A stretch of 64,000 nt of DNA from Spirochaetaceae bacterium (GCA_965224705.1 OZ245056.1:864001-928000), one strand, 5' to 3'. Shown: positions 29,461-39,744, counted from the first letter of the stretch. Program-made: numbers and translations. The notes: generated from the sequence alone by a model not told the origin.

Positions 29461-29509
29461 ATTATTCAAGGCTTCCATCCCCCATAGCATTCCGCTATAA
29501 TGCAAAATT

Positions 29510-31312
29510 ATGCGAACCTTGCAACTGGGCATATCGGACTTCAAGGAGTTTATCGACGAAGGCTGCTATTTTGTCGATAAGACCCATTTAATCGGCTATC
29601 TTATCAACAATCCCGACAAGGTTCATTTAATTACCCGTCCCCGCCGCTTCGGCAAAACCTTGAACTTAAGCATGATCCGCTACTTCCTGGAAGCTCCCCT
29701 GCCATCCCATACCGGCAATCCCCTTTTTGCCCCCGAAAACACCGCTTCCCCGCCGCCTGAAACCTTGCGCTTCAACACTTTGCCCTCCGGCCAATTCAGC
29801 ACTCACCACGCCTACCTTTTTGAGGATCTTGCAATCGCCTCCCATCCGCGCTGTGCCGAGTTCATGGGACAGTACCCGGTTATTCATTTGAGCTTCAAGA
29901 ATGTGAAGAGTGCAAGCAAAGAAGAAAGCATGGATTTAATGAAGTCCGTCATCGCAGATGAATTCGAGAGACATGACTATCTTCTTGACAGGGAATTTTT
30001 CGATGAATTGAAGATAGAATACTATAGGAAAATCCAGAATAGAAAAGGGACGGACGGGGACTATACCCAGTCCATCAAATACCTCTCCGCCTGGCTCCAC
30101 CGCGCCTACGGCAAACCTCCATACATCCTTCTGGACGAATACGACACACCCCTGCATTCGGCCCATGTGGATAAGTACTACGATCAGATGATCGCCTTCA
30201 TCCGCAGCTTCATGGTGCAAACCTTCAAGGACAACCCCCACCTGAAGCAGGCTGTGCTTATCGGCATACTGAAAATTGCCCAGGAGAGCATATTCAGCGA
30301 CTTCAACAATCCCAGAGTCTCCACCATCCTTTCCCCGGCCATGAAGGACTGCTTTGGATTTACCGAGGCGGAAGTTGAAAAAATGGCTTCATACTTCGGT
30401 CTGGAAAGCAAAATGGACAGAATCAAGGAATGGTACAACGGATACATCTTCGGCGGGGAAACCGTCATCTACAATCCCTGGAGCATCGTCAATTACTTAA
30501 GCTCCCCCGATGAAGGATTGAAACCGCATTGGATAAGCACCAGCGACAACAGACTCGTCAAGGAAGTCATCAAATTGAAGCGCCGGGATGCGAAAATGAC
30601 AACCGAAAAACTCCTGCGGAAGGAGGAGGTGCGAAAGCCGCTCTTAACCAACATTCCCTACACCCAGATAGAAAACGATCCGGATGTGGTATGGAGTTTC
30701 CTTCTCCACAGCGGCTACCTCAAGGCCTCCGAAATGCACCAGGAAGAACTGGGAACCAGCTGGCGGCTTTCCATACCCAACAAAGAAGTGGAGACGGCCT
30801 GGAAAACTGTGGTGCTTAACTGGCTGAAGGAGGATCTCTCTGTAAACGAGGATTTTACGGACTTTGTCAGCGGCATCAGAGAAGCCAATCCCAGGCTGAT
30901 TGAACGCGGCCTGAAGCGAATTCTCTTCGGCCTGGCCAGCTATTACGATAGCGCATGGGACGTGGAGGACAGACGGGAAAACTTCTACCATGGCCTGGTA
31001 CTGGGGCTTCTGGCCTATCTTGGTTCGGCCTATGCCGTGGACAGCAACCGGGAGTACGGGAGAGGCCGCTCGGACATTGTGGTGGTCAGGAAGGGGAGCG
31101 ATCCTGCTCAGGCCGAAGAGGCTTTTGTGTTTGAATTCAAGCAGGGAAATACGGCCGCGGATACCGCACTGGAAGTGCTGGCCCAGGGCGCTTATGCCCA
31201 GGCGGTGGAGGGATACCTTGAGGGGGTCAGGGAAAAATGGCATCCGAAGGAATTGTTGGTTCTGGGGATTGGTTTTCGGGGGAAGGAATTGTCTCTGTAT
31301 AGCGAGGAATAA
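29510..31312 (+). CDS. AAA-ATPase-like protein with PD-(D/E)XK domain, copy 2
   Basis: Same motifs; near-identical to copy 1 outside two variable blocks. Confidence 0.9.
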   Translation: MRTLQLGISDFKEFIDEGCYFVDKTHLIGYLINNPDKVHLITRPRRFGKTLNLSMIRYFLEAPLPSHTGNPLFAPENTASPPPETLRFNTLPSGQFSTHHAYLFEDLAIASHPRCAEFMGQYPVIHLSFKNVKSASKEESMDLMKSVIADEFERHDYLLDREFFDELKIEYYRKIQNRKGTDGDYTQSIKYLSAWLHRAYGKPPYILLDEYDTPLHSAHVDKYYDQMIAFIRSFMVQTFKDNPHLKQAVLIGILKIAQESIFSDFNNPRVSTILSPAMKDCFGFTEAEVEKMASYFGLESKMDRIKEWYNGYIFGGETVIYNPWSIVNYLSSPDEGLKPHWISTSDNRLVKEVIKLKRRDAKMTTEKLLRKEEVRKPLLTNIPYTQIENDPDVVWSFLLHSGYLKASEMHQEELGTSWRLSIPNKEVETAWKTVVLNWLKEDLSVNEDFTDFVSGIREANPRLIERGLKRILFGLASYYDSAWDVEDRRENFYHGLVLGLLAYLGSAYAVDSNREYGRGRSDIVVVRKGSDPAQAEEAFVFEFKQGNTAADTALEVLAQGAYAQAVEGYLEGVREKWHPKELLVLGIGFRGKELSLYSEE

Positions 31313-31485
31313 TTTGACTGATAGGCCGGGCAGCTTGTTTCCTAATTGAGCTCTTCCTCATCCCAGGATTCCGCTGTGTTTTGAAAATACAATATACGTT
31401 GAGGCACCCCAAAAAACTTAAAAACCGCCCCCCATGCGTCAGAAGCCGAATGCAGGAGGTGTGCCGCCAGTTTCACAGTCCACCA

Positions 31486-32460
31486 TTAACCTCTCAAGTA
31501 CCAATCATTTGTAGCTGCTGCTTTATCTCTGGGTATGTCATTTGTGTCCAGACGCGGCAAGGTGTACTTATTAACTTTTCCTAAATCAGCAATATCAACT
31601 TCTGTTGTCAGAGCAAGTTTACAGTTATATGCTTTTAACAGTTCAATTGTTGATTCGTTGTAATCACCATAAGGATAGCACATTGTCCAATTCTTTGTAT
31701 CACTTCCAATAAGGGTTAAAAACTCAAGTGCCTTTTCAATTTCTACTTTTTGTTTCTGGCGGTCTAAAGAACCCAACCAGTAATGGTCGTATCCATGACT
31801 GCCAATATGCATACCATTTCTTTTCATGCACTGTATTTGTTCAATGTCCATGTATAATTCTCTACTGAATGCATCCTCATCAATTCCAACTATTCTTTCA
31901 AACAGGTTATTCGTTATAATTTTTCTCAGGGATTTTTCAAGTTCATTCTGTAATAAACGCTTTATGAATATAACATCCGCTGAATCAAAACGATTGGATT
32001 GAGCAAGTTTATCGTAATAGAACGAAAAGTTTTCCAGCTTATAATCTTTTTCATACTTAACTAATTCATTTTTGATTTCAGAGATGATTTTTGATTTGTC
32101 CTTTTCTGAAGCAAGAATAAAATGGATCTTATTGACGTCCAAGGCTACATGCTCGGTAATTGCTCTGGCTGGAGGAAAAAAAGAACCTTGAATCCTATGT
32201 TTATCCAAAAATGGGAAAACATATTTGAAATGATCTGAATAAGCATCATCAAAAGTCAATAAGACCGACTTTTCCGGCAAAGAATAACCATTATCGATGG
32301 AATCAATAAGCATTTCCATTTCAATGAAATGATAGTTTTTCTTTAAGTATTCTATCTGCTCATAAAAAAGATGTATATCCAATCCTTTTATGTCTGGATA
32401 CCGGCTATGAGCCAAATCTCTAACATAGTGAAACATTACGATCGTTACTTTTCTTTTCAT
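31486..32460 (-). CDS. Polysaccharide deacetylase family protein
   Basis: VMFHYVR, LLTFDDA, IGSHGYDH, CYPYG, LPRLDTND. Confidence 0.88.
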   Translation of the reverse strand: MKRKVTIVMFHYVRDLAHSRYPDIKGLDIHLFYEQIEYLKKNYHFIEMEMLIDSIDNGYSLPEKSVLLTFDDAYSDHFKYVFPFLDKHRIQGSFFPPARAITEHVALDVNKIHFILASEKDKSKIISEIKNELVKYEKDYKLENFSFYYDKLAQSNRFDSADVIFIKRLLQNELEKSLRKIITNNLFERIVGIDEDAFSRELYMDIEQIQCMKRNGMHIGSHGYDHYWLGSLDRQKQKVEIEKALEFLTLIGSDTKNWTMCYPYGDYNESTIELLKAYNCKLALTTEVDIADLGKVNKYTLPRLDTNDIPRDKAAATNDWYLRG

Positions 32461-33461
32461 TTTCTTCTTATTATGCTTGGTCTATCCTGATCACTATCTC
32501 CCTTAAAAACTACATAGTTTGGAGATTTCGATTTGCAGGCGACAAGAATATCAACATTCTCCTGGAGAAAAGGTTCAAAGTAATTTGGGATGATAGTTTC
32601 TGAATTTCGCAAGTTGAAACCCCAGCTTGAAAACAGTTTTTCAGGCAGCCCATAATTCAGACAATCCATATACTCTGAATCATGACTCTGCAAAATTGAA
32701 ATAATTGATTCATAAATTGAATTTACATCTGTCAGCTCACCCTGTATATCTACAATTCGAATACATGAACTTTCATTAATAACAATTTTTCTAACAACAA
32801 AAACAAGTTTCAATGTATTCTTATTGTATGCACCTAATAGCATGTACTTATAGCAGGGATGATTTAGATAACGGTTTTCAATATATTTCCTGCTTTTAAC
32901 CGGGTTGAATGAGAAATTTAACTGCTCTACATCCTCAATCGTGATTTCTTTAACAAAAGAGGTGGAAGGTCGTCTGGAAACAAGTGTTTGCTTTTTTTTG
33001 AAATTGGCAATTCTATAGTCTTTAATTCCTGGATTAAGAATAAAATATTGCTTTAAAACACCTGTATCATAACCAAGAATATCATAGATCCTCTTGACCT
33101 CTGCATTAATCCCTATTGATCCAATACTCTGTGGCTGCATTTTCATTTCCAGCCATTTCAGTAAAGCAAAACCAATTCCTGGTTCTGCCCTCTCTTCATC
33201 GACCTTCCAGATTGCCAGCCAGATGTCTGCTGTGCTTCTTAAATTCTCATCAAACCTGGATGTGGGAATGAAACCGAGAACACCTGTTATTTCATTACTA
33301 CCATTTTTGGAAATTACAAAGTTGTAGCCATTCTTAGATTTATGCTGGAAATCCATTATTCTTTTGTCCACAGCCAGAATATGGTTCTTCTTCCATTTCT
33401 CATGGATAAACTTTTGTAATTTGACAAAATCTTTATTTGTGCAGAAGGATATATTTTCCAT
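32457..33461 (-). CDS. Hypothetical protein, possibly a GNAT-fold acyltransferase
   Basis: GVLGFIP, WLAIWKV..PGIGFALL resemble a GNAT motif A; C-terminal FKGDSDQDRP. Confidence 0.6.
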   Translation of the reverse strand: MENISFCTNKDFVKLQKFIHEKWKKNHILAVDKRIMDFQHKSKNGYNFVISKNGSNEITGVLGFIPTSRFDENLRSTADIWLAIWKVDEERAEPGIGFALLKWLEMKMQPQSIGSIGINAEVKRIYDILGYDTGVLKQYFILNPGIKDYRIANFKKKQTLVSRRPSTSFVKEITIEDVEQLNFSFNPVKSRKYIENRYLNHPCYKYMLLGAYNKNTLKLVFVVRKIVINESSCIRIVDIQGELTDVNSIYESIISILQSHDSEYMDCLNYGLPEKLFSSWGFNLRNSETIIPNYFEPFLQENVDILVACKSKSPNYVVFKGDSDQDRPSIIRRK

Positions 33462-33471
33462 GGTTTATTTA

Positions 33472-34200
33472 TTAAATCGTTCCATTATCAACATGAACAT
33501 TCTGTCCTGTAATTGATTTTGCTTCATCGGATAGTAAAAACCTGATTGTGTCAGCGGCCGAATTGACATCTACTGGCTGTTTCATCGATGTTCTTTGATA
33601 AATGCGGCTTTTCTGATTGTCAGAAAGTGCTGAACTCATTTCAGTTTCCATAAAACCTGCCACCAAACAATTGGAGCGAATTCCCCTTTCCCCCCATTCA
33701 CGGGCTGTATTTTTTGAAAAAGCCTCCAGTGCACCTTTTGTAGAAGCATACATGGATAAACCTTTATAACCTGTGTGAACACTGATTGATGAAATATGCA
33801 CAATACTCCCCTTAGTACTGTGAAGCAGCATCTGTCTTATAACGAGTTTTGTCAGCATCATGGGAGAGAATACATTTACTCGATACATTTTTTCAAGTGA
33901 AACCAGATTAATATTTGTGATTATATCATCGTATGCCAATGCTGCATTATTGACAAATCCATGAATTGGCGTGTCAAAACCAATCCAGTTTTTGAATACG
34001 GATTGTTTTAAATTTTCTCCGTCGTTTAAATCATACTGCAGCCATTTGAGATTCTCAGGATATTGGAGTGATAGTTTTTTAAGAGTTTCGGTTTTACTGC
34101 GGCTTATGGCATAGATTGCCCAGCCTTTGCTTAATAAAGATTCTGTTGTTTTTAACCCCAGGCCTCTGGAAGCACCTGTTAATAGTATATTCATGCTCAA
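33472..34200 (-). CDS. SDR oxidoreductase (FabG-like)
   Basis: TGASRGLG, VNNAA, YASTK, GFMETEM. Confidence 0.9.
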   Translation of the reverse strand: MSMNILLTGASRGLGLKTTESLLSKGWAIYAISRSKTETLKKLSLQYPENLKWLQYDLNDGENLKQSVFKNWIGFDTPIHGFVNNAALAYDDIITNINLVSLEKMYRVNVFSPMMLTKLVIRQMLLHSTKGSIVHISSISVHTGYKGLSMYASTKGALEAFSKNTAREWGERGIRSNCLVAGFMETEMSSALSDNQKSRIYQRTSMKQPVDVNSAADTIRFLLSDEAKSITGQNVHVDNGTI

Positions 34201-35426
34201 TTCCTTTTTAACTTACCTGTCCTTGTTGTTGAAAGTTCTTCTACAATCTGGATAACTCTTGGGATTTTGAATTCCTGGATTTTGGATTGTAGATATATGC
34301 GTATAGAGGATTCCGTTATCTGGTTGCTGTCTACAACAACTTCACAGCAGATAATATTCCCAAGTATGGAGTTCTTTTTTGAATACACCCGTACATTTCT
34401 AATATCTGACAATGCTAATATTGCTTCTTCAACTTCAAGCGGATTAACCTTATAACCACCAACATTTATCATCTCGTTTTTGCGGCTCACAAAACGAAAT
34501 TTCAGTGGCTTTCGGGAAACAATTTCAATCAGGTCACCAGTATTGTACCATTCTTCAATATTGGTGTCGGAGTTTCCCATTAAAGAATTGTGAACTAGAA
34601 GTTCATTGTCCCTGATTCTGATCAAATGTTCATACTCAGTTCGAACACTGAAAATGTCATTTCGTGAAGCAAGAAGGGTTCCTGCTTCTGTTGAAGCATA
34701 AACATTGGTTATTCCGGCATTTGGAAAGATCTTTTTCAGTTGATTAAAAGTCTTTTCATTGAATCTCTCACCGCCTGAAGTGATTTTTTCTACAGAGGGA
34801 AACGCTTCATCACAGGGCAGCAGGAGCCTGTAAAAAGTTGGGGTAGCCGAAATATGCGTTATACTGTTATTTCTAATCTCGTTATAAATCTCGTCAGTGT
34901 TAAATCCAAATAGACGAATGATAGAGTTTCCATTCAGCAATGCCTGAAAGAAAACCTGAATTCCAGCCATATGAGTGGGGTTATAGGCAAATCCCCAGAT
35001 ACTCTTTCTATTGTGCTCTGAAATTCTTACAAATCTTGTAATTGATTTAAAATCATGGCTGACCTTTTTGGGAGTACCAGTTGTTCCCGATGTAAACAAT
35101 GTTATTTTCCAATTCTCAGGGGGAGGACTGAACTTTTCAATTAGTTCCTGTTCGCTGGATATAGTTGAAACTGTGCCCCTGTCAATTGGTTTAGTGAATT
35201 CATCGTATTCAGAATGACCGGTAAGATTTATTAATTCAGAGTCAGTAAAGTCCGAATCAAGAAGAATTACTTCTTCGTCTATCAGCAACGATAGAATTAT
35301 ATGTTTAAAAACGGTGTAATAATCATCAGACTTACAATAGGGATTGTATGTGGAGGTACTGTTGAGATCATCAATCAGAGAACCCCATGTAACAAGTCTG
35401 TTGTTATCAGTATCTTTGAGAAACGT
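34197..35426 (-). CDS. AMP-binding (ANL) ligase; true start uncertain
   Basis: FTSGTTGTPK, YASTEAG, YNTGD, NVGGYKVNPLEVE, RTGK; frame stays open upstream of 35288 as far as the ACP stop. Confidence 0.85.
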   Translation of the reverse strand, partial: TFLKDTDNNRLVTWGSLIDDLNSTSTYNPYCKSDDYYTVFKHIILSLLIDEEVILLDSDFTDSELINLTGHSEYDEFTKPIDRGTVSTISSEQELIEKFSPPPENWKITLFTSGTTGTPKKVSHDFKSITRFVRISEHNRKSIWGFAYNPTHMAGIQVFFQALLNGNSIIRLFGFNTDEIYNEIRNNSITHISATPTFYRLLLPCDEAFPSVEKITSGGERFNEKTFNQLKKIFPNAGITNVYASTEAGTLLASRNDIFSVRTEYEHLIRIRDNELLVHNSLMGNSDTNIEEWYNTGDLIEIVSRKPLKFRFVSRKNEMINVGGYKVNPLEVEEAILALSDIRNVRVYSKKNSILGNIICCEVVVDSNQITESSIRIYLQSKIQEFKIPRVIQIVEELSTTRTGKLKRN

Positions 35427-35435
35427 ATTCCTTCC

Positions 35436-35663
35436 TCACTTGTTTTCCAGTCTATTGAGAATTTCTCCCACGGAGTTTATGATTCCATTTTCAAAAATGT
35501 CAATGTCATACTCTGCTTCAATTCGCACTGTCAGTTCAGCTAAATCAAGGGAATCAAATCCAATGTCATTTCTCAGGTGCATCTCAGGGGTTATTGATGT
35601 CAACTTCTCTTTTCCCCTGTTTTCGAGGACTGTGTTCATTATTTTTAAAATCTTTTCCTGCAT
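35436..35663 (-). CDS. Acyl/peptidyl carrier protein
   Basis: DIGFDSLDLAEL phosphopantetheine motif. Confidence 0.88.
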   Translation of the reverse strand: MQEKILKIMNTVLENRGKEKLTSITPEMHLRNDIGFDSLDLAELTVRIEAEYDIDIFENGIINSVGEILNRLENK

Positions 35664-35859
35664 TTTGATATCCCGCCGGACATTTCTCATTTTCAAATAG
35701 TATAAATACTTATGATATAAATAAAAAACAGGTTTGTCAAGAAGAACTCAAAATTTCCTTATCGAGAAGCAGGCTTCTCAATCGCAGGATGAGAGCATTA
35801 AACCTGATCTCCATACCTATCTCTGTTGTTCTCGATCCCTTGAAATGCTATAGTAGCCT

Positions 35860-36735
35860 ATGTCAAACATAATGACTGTTAAACAACTCTACAAAAGCTA
35901 CGGTCAGATCACCGCTGTTGACGGTATAGATATTGACATTGAAGAGGGAAGCTGTTTCGGACTTCTCGGACCGAATGGTGCGGGAAAAACAACAACAATA
36001 GAAATGATGGAAGGTATATTGAAGCCGGATGAGGGTGATATCCTTTTTCGGGGAAACCCCATCGATAAGCAGTTCAAAAAGAACGTTGGGATACAGTTTC
36101 AATCAACTGCACTTCCAGAATACATAACAGTAAAAGAAACGCTGGATCTTTTTTCTGCTTTTTATCCCCATCCTCGTTCGATGGATGAGACAATCGAGTT
36201 GTGTTCCCTGTCCGACATCCTTACACGGGATAACCGGAAACTCTCCGGCGGACAGAGGCAGCGGATGCTTCTTGGCCTTGCTATTATCCCCCAGCCTGAA
36301 ATCATCTTCCTTGATGAACCGACAACCGGTCTTGACCCGGCAGCAAGGAGGAATTTCTGGAAATTGATCAATAAGATCAAAGCTGAAAACAAAACCATTC
36401 TGCTGACCACTCACTATATGGAAGAGGCGGGAATCCTCTGTGATAGAATCGCCATAATGGATCACGGCAGGATACTTGAATGCGATACTCCAGACAAACT
36501 GCTTGACAAGCATTTTGAAGGAGTCCTTGTGAAACTTCCCCGGGCTGGCAAAGATCCGGCCGAGTTATCAGGGTACAATGTTATCGGAGATACAATTGAA
36601 ATTCAGACGAACAATCTTGAGGATACTCTGAAGAAATTGATCAATGGGGGGTATCAGACTGATGGCCTTTCAATTCACAAACCCGACCTGGAAGATTTAT
36701 TTATAAAGCTTACAGGTTCCTCCCTGAGATCATAG
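35860..36735 (+). CDS. ABC-2 exporter ATP-binding protein
   Basis: GPNGAGKTT, LSGGQRQR, LDEPTTGLDP, TTHYMEEA. Confidence 0.92.
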   Translation: MSNIMTVKQLYKSYGQITAVDGIDIDIEEGSCFGLLGPNGAGKTTTIEMMEGILKPDEGDILFRGNPIDKQFKKNVGIQFQSTALPEYITVKETLDLFSAFYPHPRSMDETIELCSLSDILTRDNRKLSGGQRQRMLLGLAIIPQPEIIFLDEPTTGLDPAARRNFWKLINKIKAENKTILLTTHYMEEAGILCDRIAIMDHGRILECDTPDKLLDKHFEGVLVKLPRAGKDPAELSGYNVIGDTIEIQTNNLEDTLKKLINGGYQTDGLSIHKPDLEDLFIKLTGSSLRS

Positions 36736-36744
36736 GAGATAATC

Positions 36745-37770
36745 GTGAAACAATTCATGGCAATGGTCAAAGCCCGATCGATGGAATTTGTTCGCGACCG
36801 GGGAACATTCTTCTGGAATCTTATTTTTCCGATCATAATGATAACAGGTTTTTCGTTTGCCTTTTCAGACGATAAGGATACAATGTTCAAGGTCGGAGTA
36901 ATCGGTGATATTCCTGCCCCCGAAGAGATGGCGTTTCTTCAGATACAATCAATTGATTTCATTGATTACACACTGGAAAAGAATTTTCTTCCCAAAGACG
37001 AGATTCTTGAACGTCTTCGATTTCATCAAATTGATATGTTGATAGATTTTTCCACGAATGAGTATTTCATCAACGAACAATCCCCCAGGACGGAGGTGTT
37101 GAATGCTCTCATCCGTATCCCCGATCCAGGCACTCAGAGAGTTTTAAAGAAACAGCAGGTTTCCGGTAGGGCAATACGCTATGTCGACTGGCTGGTCCCC
37201 GGAGTTATTGGTATGAATATGATGTTCTCCTGTCTGTTCGGAGTCGGTTTTGTGATCGTCCGCTACCGAAAAAACGGTGTATTAAAACGGCTCAAAGCCA
37301 CTCCCGTCACTCCCTTCAACTTCATTTCAGCCCAGATAGCATCCCGTTACATCATCGTCATATTTACTTCCATCCTTGTGTACTGCGGGACAAATCTCTT
37401 TTTGAAATTCATGATGCAGGGATCGTATCTGAATCTTATTCTTGTAACATCCCTGGCAATCATCTGCATGATAGCTCTGGGATTGCTCTTTGCAGCGCGT
37501 TTTAAGAGTGAAGAGCTTACGAGCGGCATCATGAATGTGGTGATATTCCCCATGATGATATTCTCAGGAGTATTCTTTTCACTGGAGGGAACTCCGGAAA
37601 TCCTGCAGAAGATATCCCGCATCATTCCCCTGACTCATTATATCGAAGCATCCCGGAGCATCATGCTTGAAGGGGAGGGATTGCTGGCCATAATGCCCAA
37701 TATATTGGTTCTGGGTAGTATGACACTGGCATTTCTTCTAACTGCGAGCCTCCTTTTCAAATGGGATTAA
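36745..37770 (+). CDS. ABC-2 exporter permease
   Basis: RYVDWLVPGVIGM, YRKNGVLKRLKATP, FSGVFFS, PLTH. Confidence 0.9.
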   Translation: MKQFMAMVKARSMEFVRDRGTFFWNLIFPIIMITGFSFAFSDDKDTMFKVGVIGDIPAPEEMAFLQIQSIDFIDYTLEKNFLPKDEILERLRFHQIDMLIDFSTNEYFINEQSPRTEVLNALIRIPDPGTQRVLKKQQVSGRAIRYVDWLVPGVIGMNMMFSCLFGVGFVIVRYRKNGVLKRLKATPVTPFNFISAQIASRYIIVIFTSILVYCGTNLFLKFMMQGSYLNLILVTSLAIICMIALGLLFAARFKSEELTSGIMNVVIFPMMIFSGVFFSLEGTPEILQKISRIIPLTHYIEASRSIMLEGEGLLAIMPNILVLGSMTLAFLLTASLLFKWD

Positions 37771-37841
37771 GAATGACCGGATGAGGAACTCAATGTATCC
37801 GATGATTGACGGCAGAACCGGCTTCAATGATGACCAGCCGT

Positions 37842-38963
37842 TCACTGCCTGTCGGCAGACAGCCCATTCTTCAAATATCCCCCGAGGGTAGTGAGAAGGG
37901 AGGAAAGCTCATGCACTCTCCGGGAGAAGATGAATTCAATACCAAGATAGTGGGAAAGGCCCATCAGGAAGTTGGCCGTGGTGCCCGCTGTCCGAAGATC
38001 TCCCAGGGAAAGATTTTTTCTGTAACCAATTTCAAAGCGATTATAGTAATTCTGTCTTTCTGAAACAAACTCAGACTGCCTCACAATGGAATAGAACTCC
38101 TGCCGGGCCATGAAGTATCGGGCGAAATAACCCATCCCCATAACCTCATGAAAAAGACGATCTGGTGTGGAGCCGAGTTTCTTCTTTAAAAAATAGCGGA
38201 TTGAATGACTGATCACCTGAACCAGATAATCAAGGAAGCGGTCCTTTGTAATGAAATACTGATAGAATGTTCCCACTGACAATCCTGCCTTGAGGCAGAT
38301 CTCCGATACTCCCACGGCATGGAATCCTCGTTCTCCAAAGAGTTCCATTCCGGCTTCAGCCAGTTTCACCTTGGAGGGAGGAGCATCTTTGAAGTCAAGA
38401 GGAGCATCTGAAGGGCCAGGATCTGGATTCTCCGGCACTGTTCCATCTTCGAAAACACCGTGAAGGATGAGTTTTGCCAGGCAGGCCTCGTCTACTTCAA
38501 TAGAATCATAGATCCCCCGGGTTGCCAGAAAGCGGGTTCCTGAAACGGCATAGAGATATTCAGCCTCATTTAATGGACGTCGAAAGACCCTGCTCAGGGT
38601 TTTCATATAGAGGCTCTGGAGTTTTTCCTCCAATTCCAGGTAGTGATACTGACCTTCCCGGAATACCGAAACCTCACGGCTATAGTTTCGCGCCAGACCC
38701 ACTGTGATGGAAATGAAATCTTTCAAGTCAGATTCCAGTTCGCCGAAACGTCCTGTCACCGATAACTCGTCGGCCATTCTGTCCAGAAACTCCCAGTTGA
38801 TTTCCTTAAAAAGTTCCTCTTTGTTCTTAAAATACCTGTAAAAAATACCATTGGATAACTCAGCCCTACGGCAGATTTCAGCCACGGAAACGGTTTCGTA
38901 CCAGTTGTCACTAAACAGGATGAGGGCAGTATTCAGTAGTTTTTTTCGTGTGTCCGCTGCCAT
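37842..38963 (-). CDS. TetR-family regulator with two tandem TetR units
   Basis: SVAEICRRAELSNGIFYRYFKNKEEL and GVSEICLKAGLSVGTFYQYFITKD. Confidence 0.88.
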   Translation of the reverse strand: MAADTRKKLLNTALILFSDNWYETVSVAEICRRAELSNGIFYRYFKNKEELFKEINWEFLDRMADELSVTGRFGELESDLKDFISITVGLARNYSREVSVFREGQYHYLELEEKLQSLYMKTLSRVFRRPLNEAEYLYAVSGTRFLATRGIYDSIEVDEACLAKLILHGVFEDGTVPENPDPGPSDAPLDFKDAPPSKVKLAEAGMELFGERGFHAVGVSEICLKAGLSVGTFYQYFITKDRFLDYLVQVISHSIRYFLKKKLGSTPDRLFHEVMGMGYFARYFMARQEFYSIVRQSEFVSERQNYYNRFEIGYRKNLSLGDLRTAGTTANFLMGLSHYLGIEFIFSRRVHELSSLLTTLGGYLKNGLSADRQ

Positions 38964-38967
38964 CCTG

Positions 38968-39744
38968 TCAATTCAAGAAATTTTCAAGATTCTGCAGAAA
39001 TTGCCGGGGATTTTCCACCATTGGGGAATGCCCTGTCCCGGAAAGTTCAACATAATCGGCTCCCAGATGAGATGCTGTCCTTTCGCACATATCCCGGGTT
39101 ATCAGAACATCCTGCTCTCCACGGAGGATGAGGGTTGGGTATTCAAGACGGCCGAGTCGCTCTCGAAAGTCTGCTTTCTCAAGTTCTACAATATGCCCGA
39201 TAAAGGCGTCATGATGCATCTTCGTTCCGGCTGTAACCAGTTCATCCAGTCGTTCGGCATTGTTCAATGTGGGCATCACTCTGGACATGGCATCCTTCAG
39301 CAACTCTCTGTCCTCCCTGTAGGCTTCAATGACAGGGTAACGCTCTCGAGGCGTCTTCAAACCTTCAATGGGTCCCGGAGCGACAAGAACGAGTTTTTCC
39401 ATGCGTAAGAGGTTACGGGAGGCCAGTTCCATGGCTGTTACTCCACCCAGGCTGTGGCCGACAACGATAAGGGGCGGTGTCCCGGCTGTTATATTTAAGG
39501 CTGCTGTGAACTCCTCCAGAATTGTGGCATATCCAGCAATGGAGAAGTCTCCGGAGGAATACGACTGGCCGAAGTTCGGCAGATCGGGGGCCACTGTACG
39601 ATATCCCGGCACATGCATCACCTGGCGAAACCAGAGACTGCAGGCCAAATTGCCGTGAATGTACAGGAGCAATGGTGCCCCCTCATCTCCACTGGCAAGG
39701 CAGTGAATCTGTCCGCCGCTGACATGAATTTCAAATTCTTCCAT
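38968..39744 (-). CDS. Alpha/beta hydrolase
   Basis: IHGN, GHSLGG, GEQD, GHSP. Confidence 0.9.
   Translation of the reverse strand: MEEFEIHVSGGQIHCLASGDEGAPLLLYIHGNLACSLWFRQVMHVPGYRTVAPDLPNFGQSYSSGDFSIAGYATILEEFTAALNITAGTPPLIVVGHSLGGVTAMELASRNLLRMEKLVLVAPGPIEGLKTPRERYPVIEAYREDRELLKDAMSRVMPTLNNAERLDELVTAGTKMHHDAFIGHIVELEKADFRERLGRLEYPTLILRGEQDVLITRDMCERTASHLGADYVELSGTGHSPMVENPRQFLQNLENFLN

Noticed and set aside
29199..29476. CRISPR array
   Set aside because: Only two direct copies plus one inverted arm, irregular spacing, no cas genes
27435..31312. Diversity-generating retroelement template/variable repeat pair
   Set aside because: Differences in the 3' regions are largely third-position changes, not adenine-specific, and no reverse transcriptase is in the window
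31313..31485. attC-like site after the deacetylase gene
   Set aside because: No paired RYYYAAC/GTTRRRY core sites were found
35436..35438. Selenocysteine codon at the ACP TGA
   Set aside because: Not at a Cys-equivalent position, no clear SECIS hairpin follows, and the ACP is already complete
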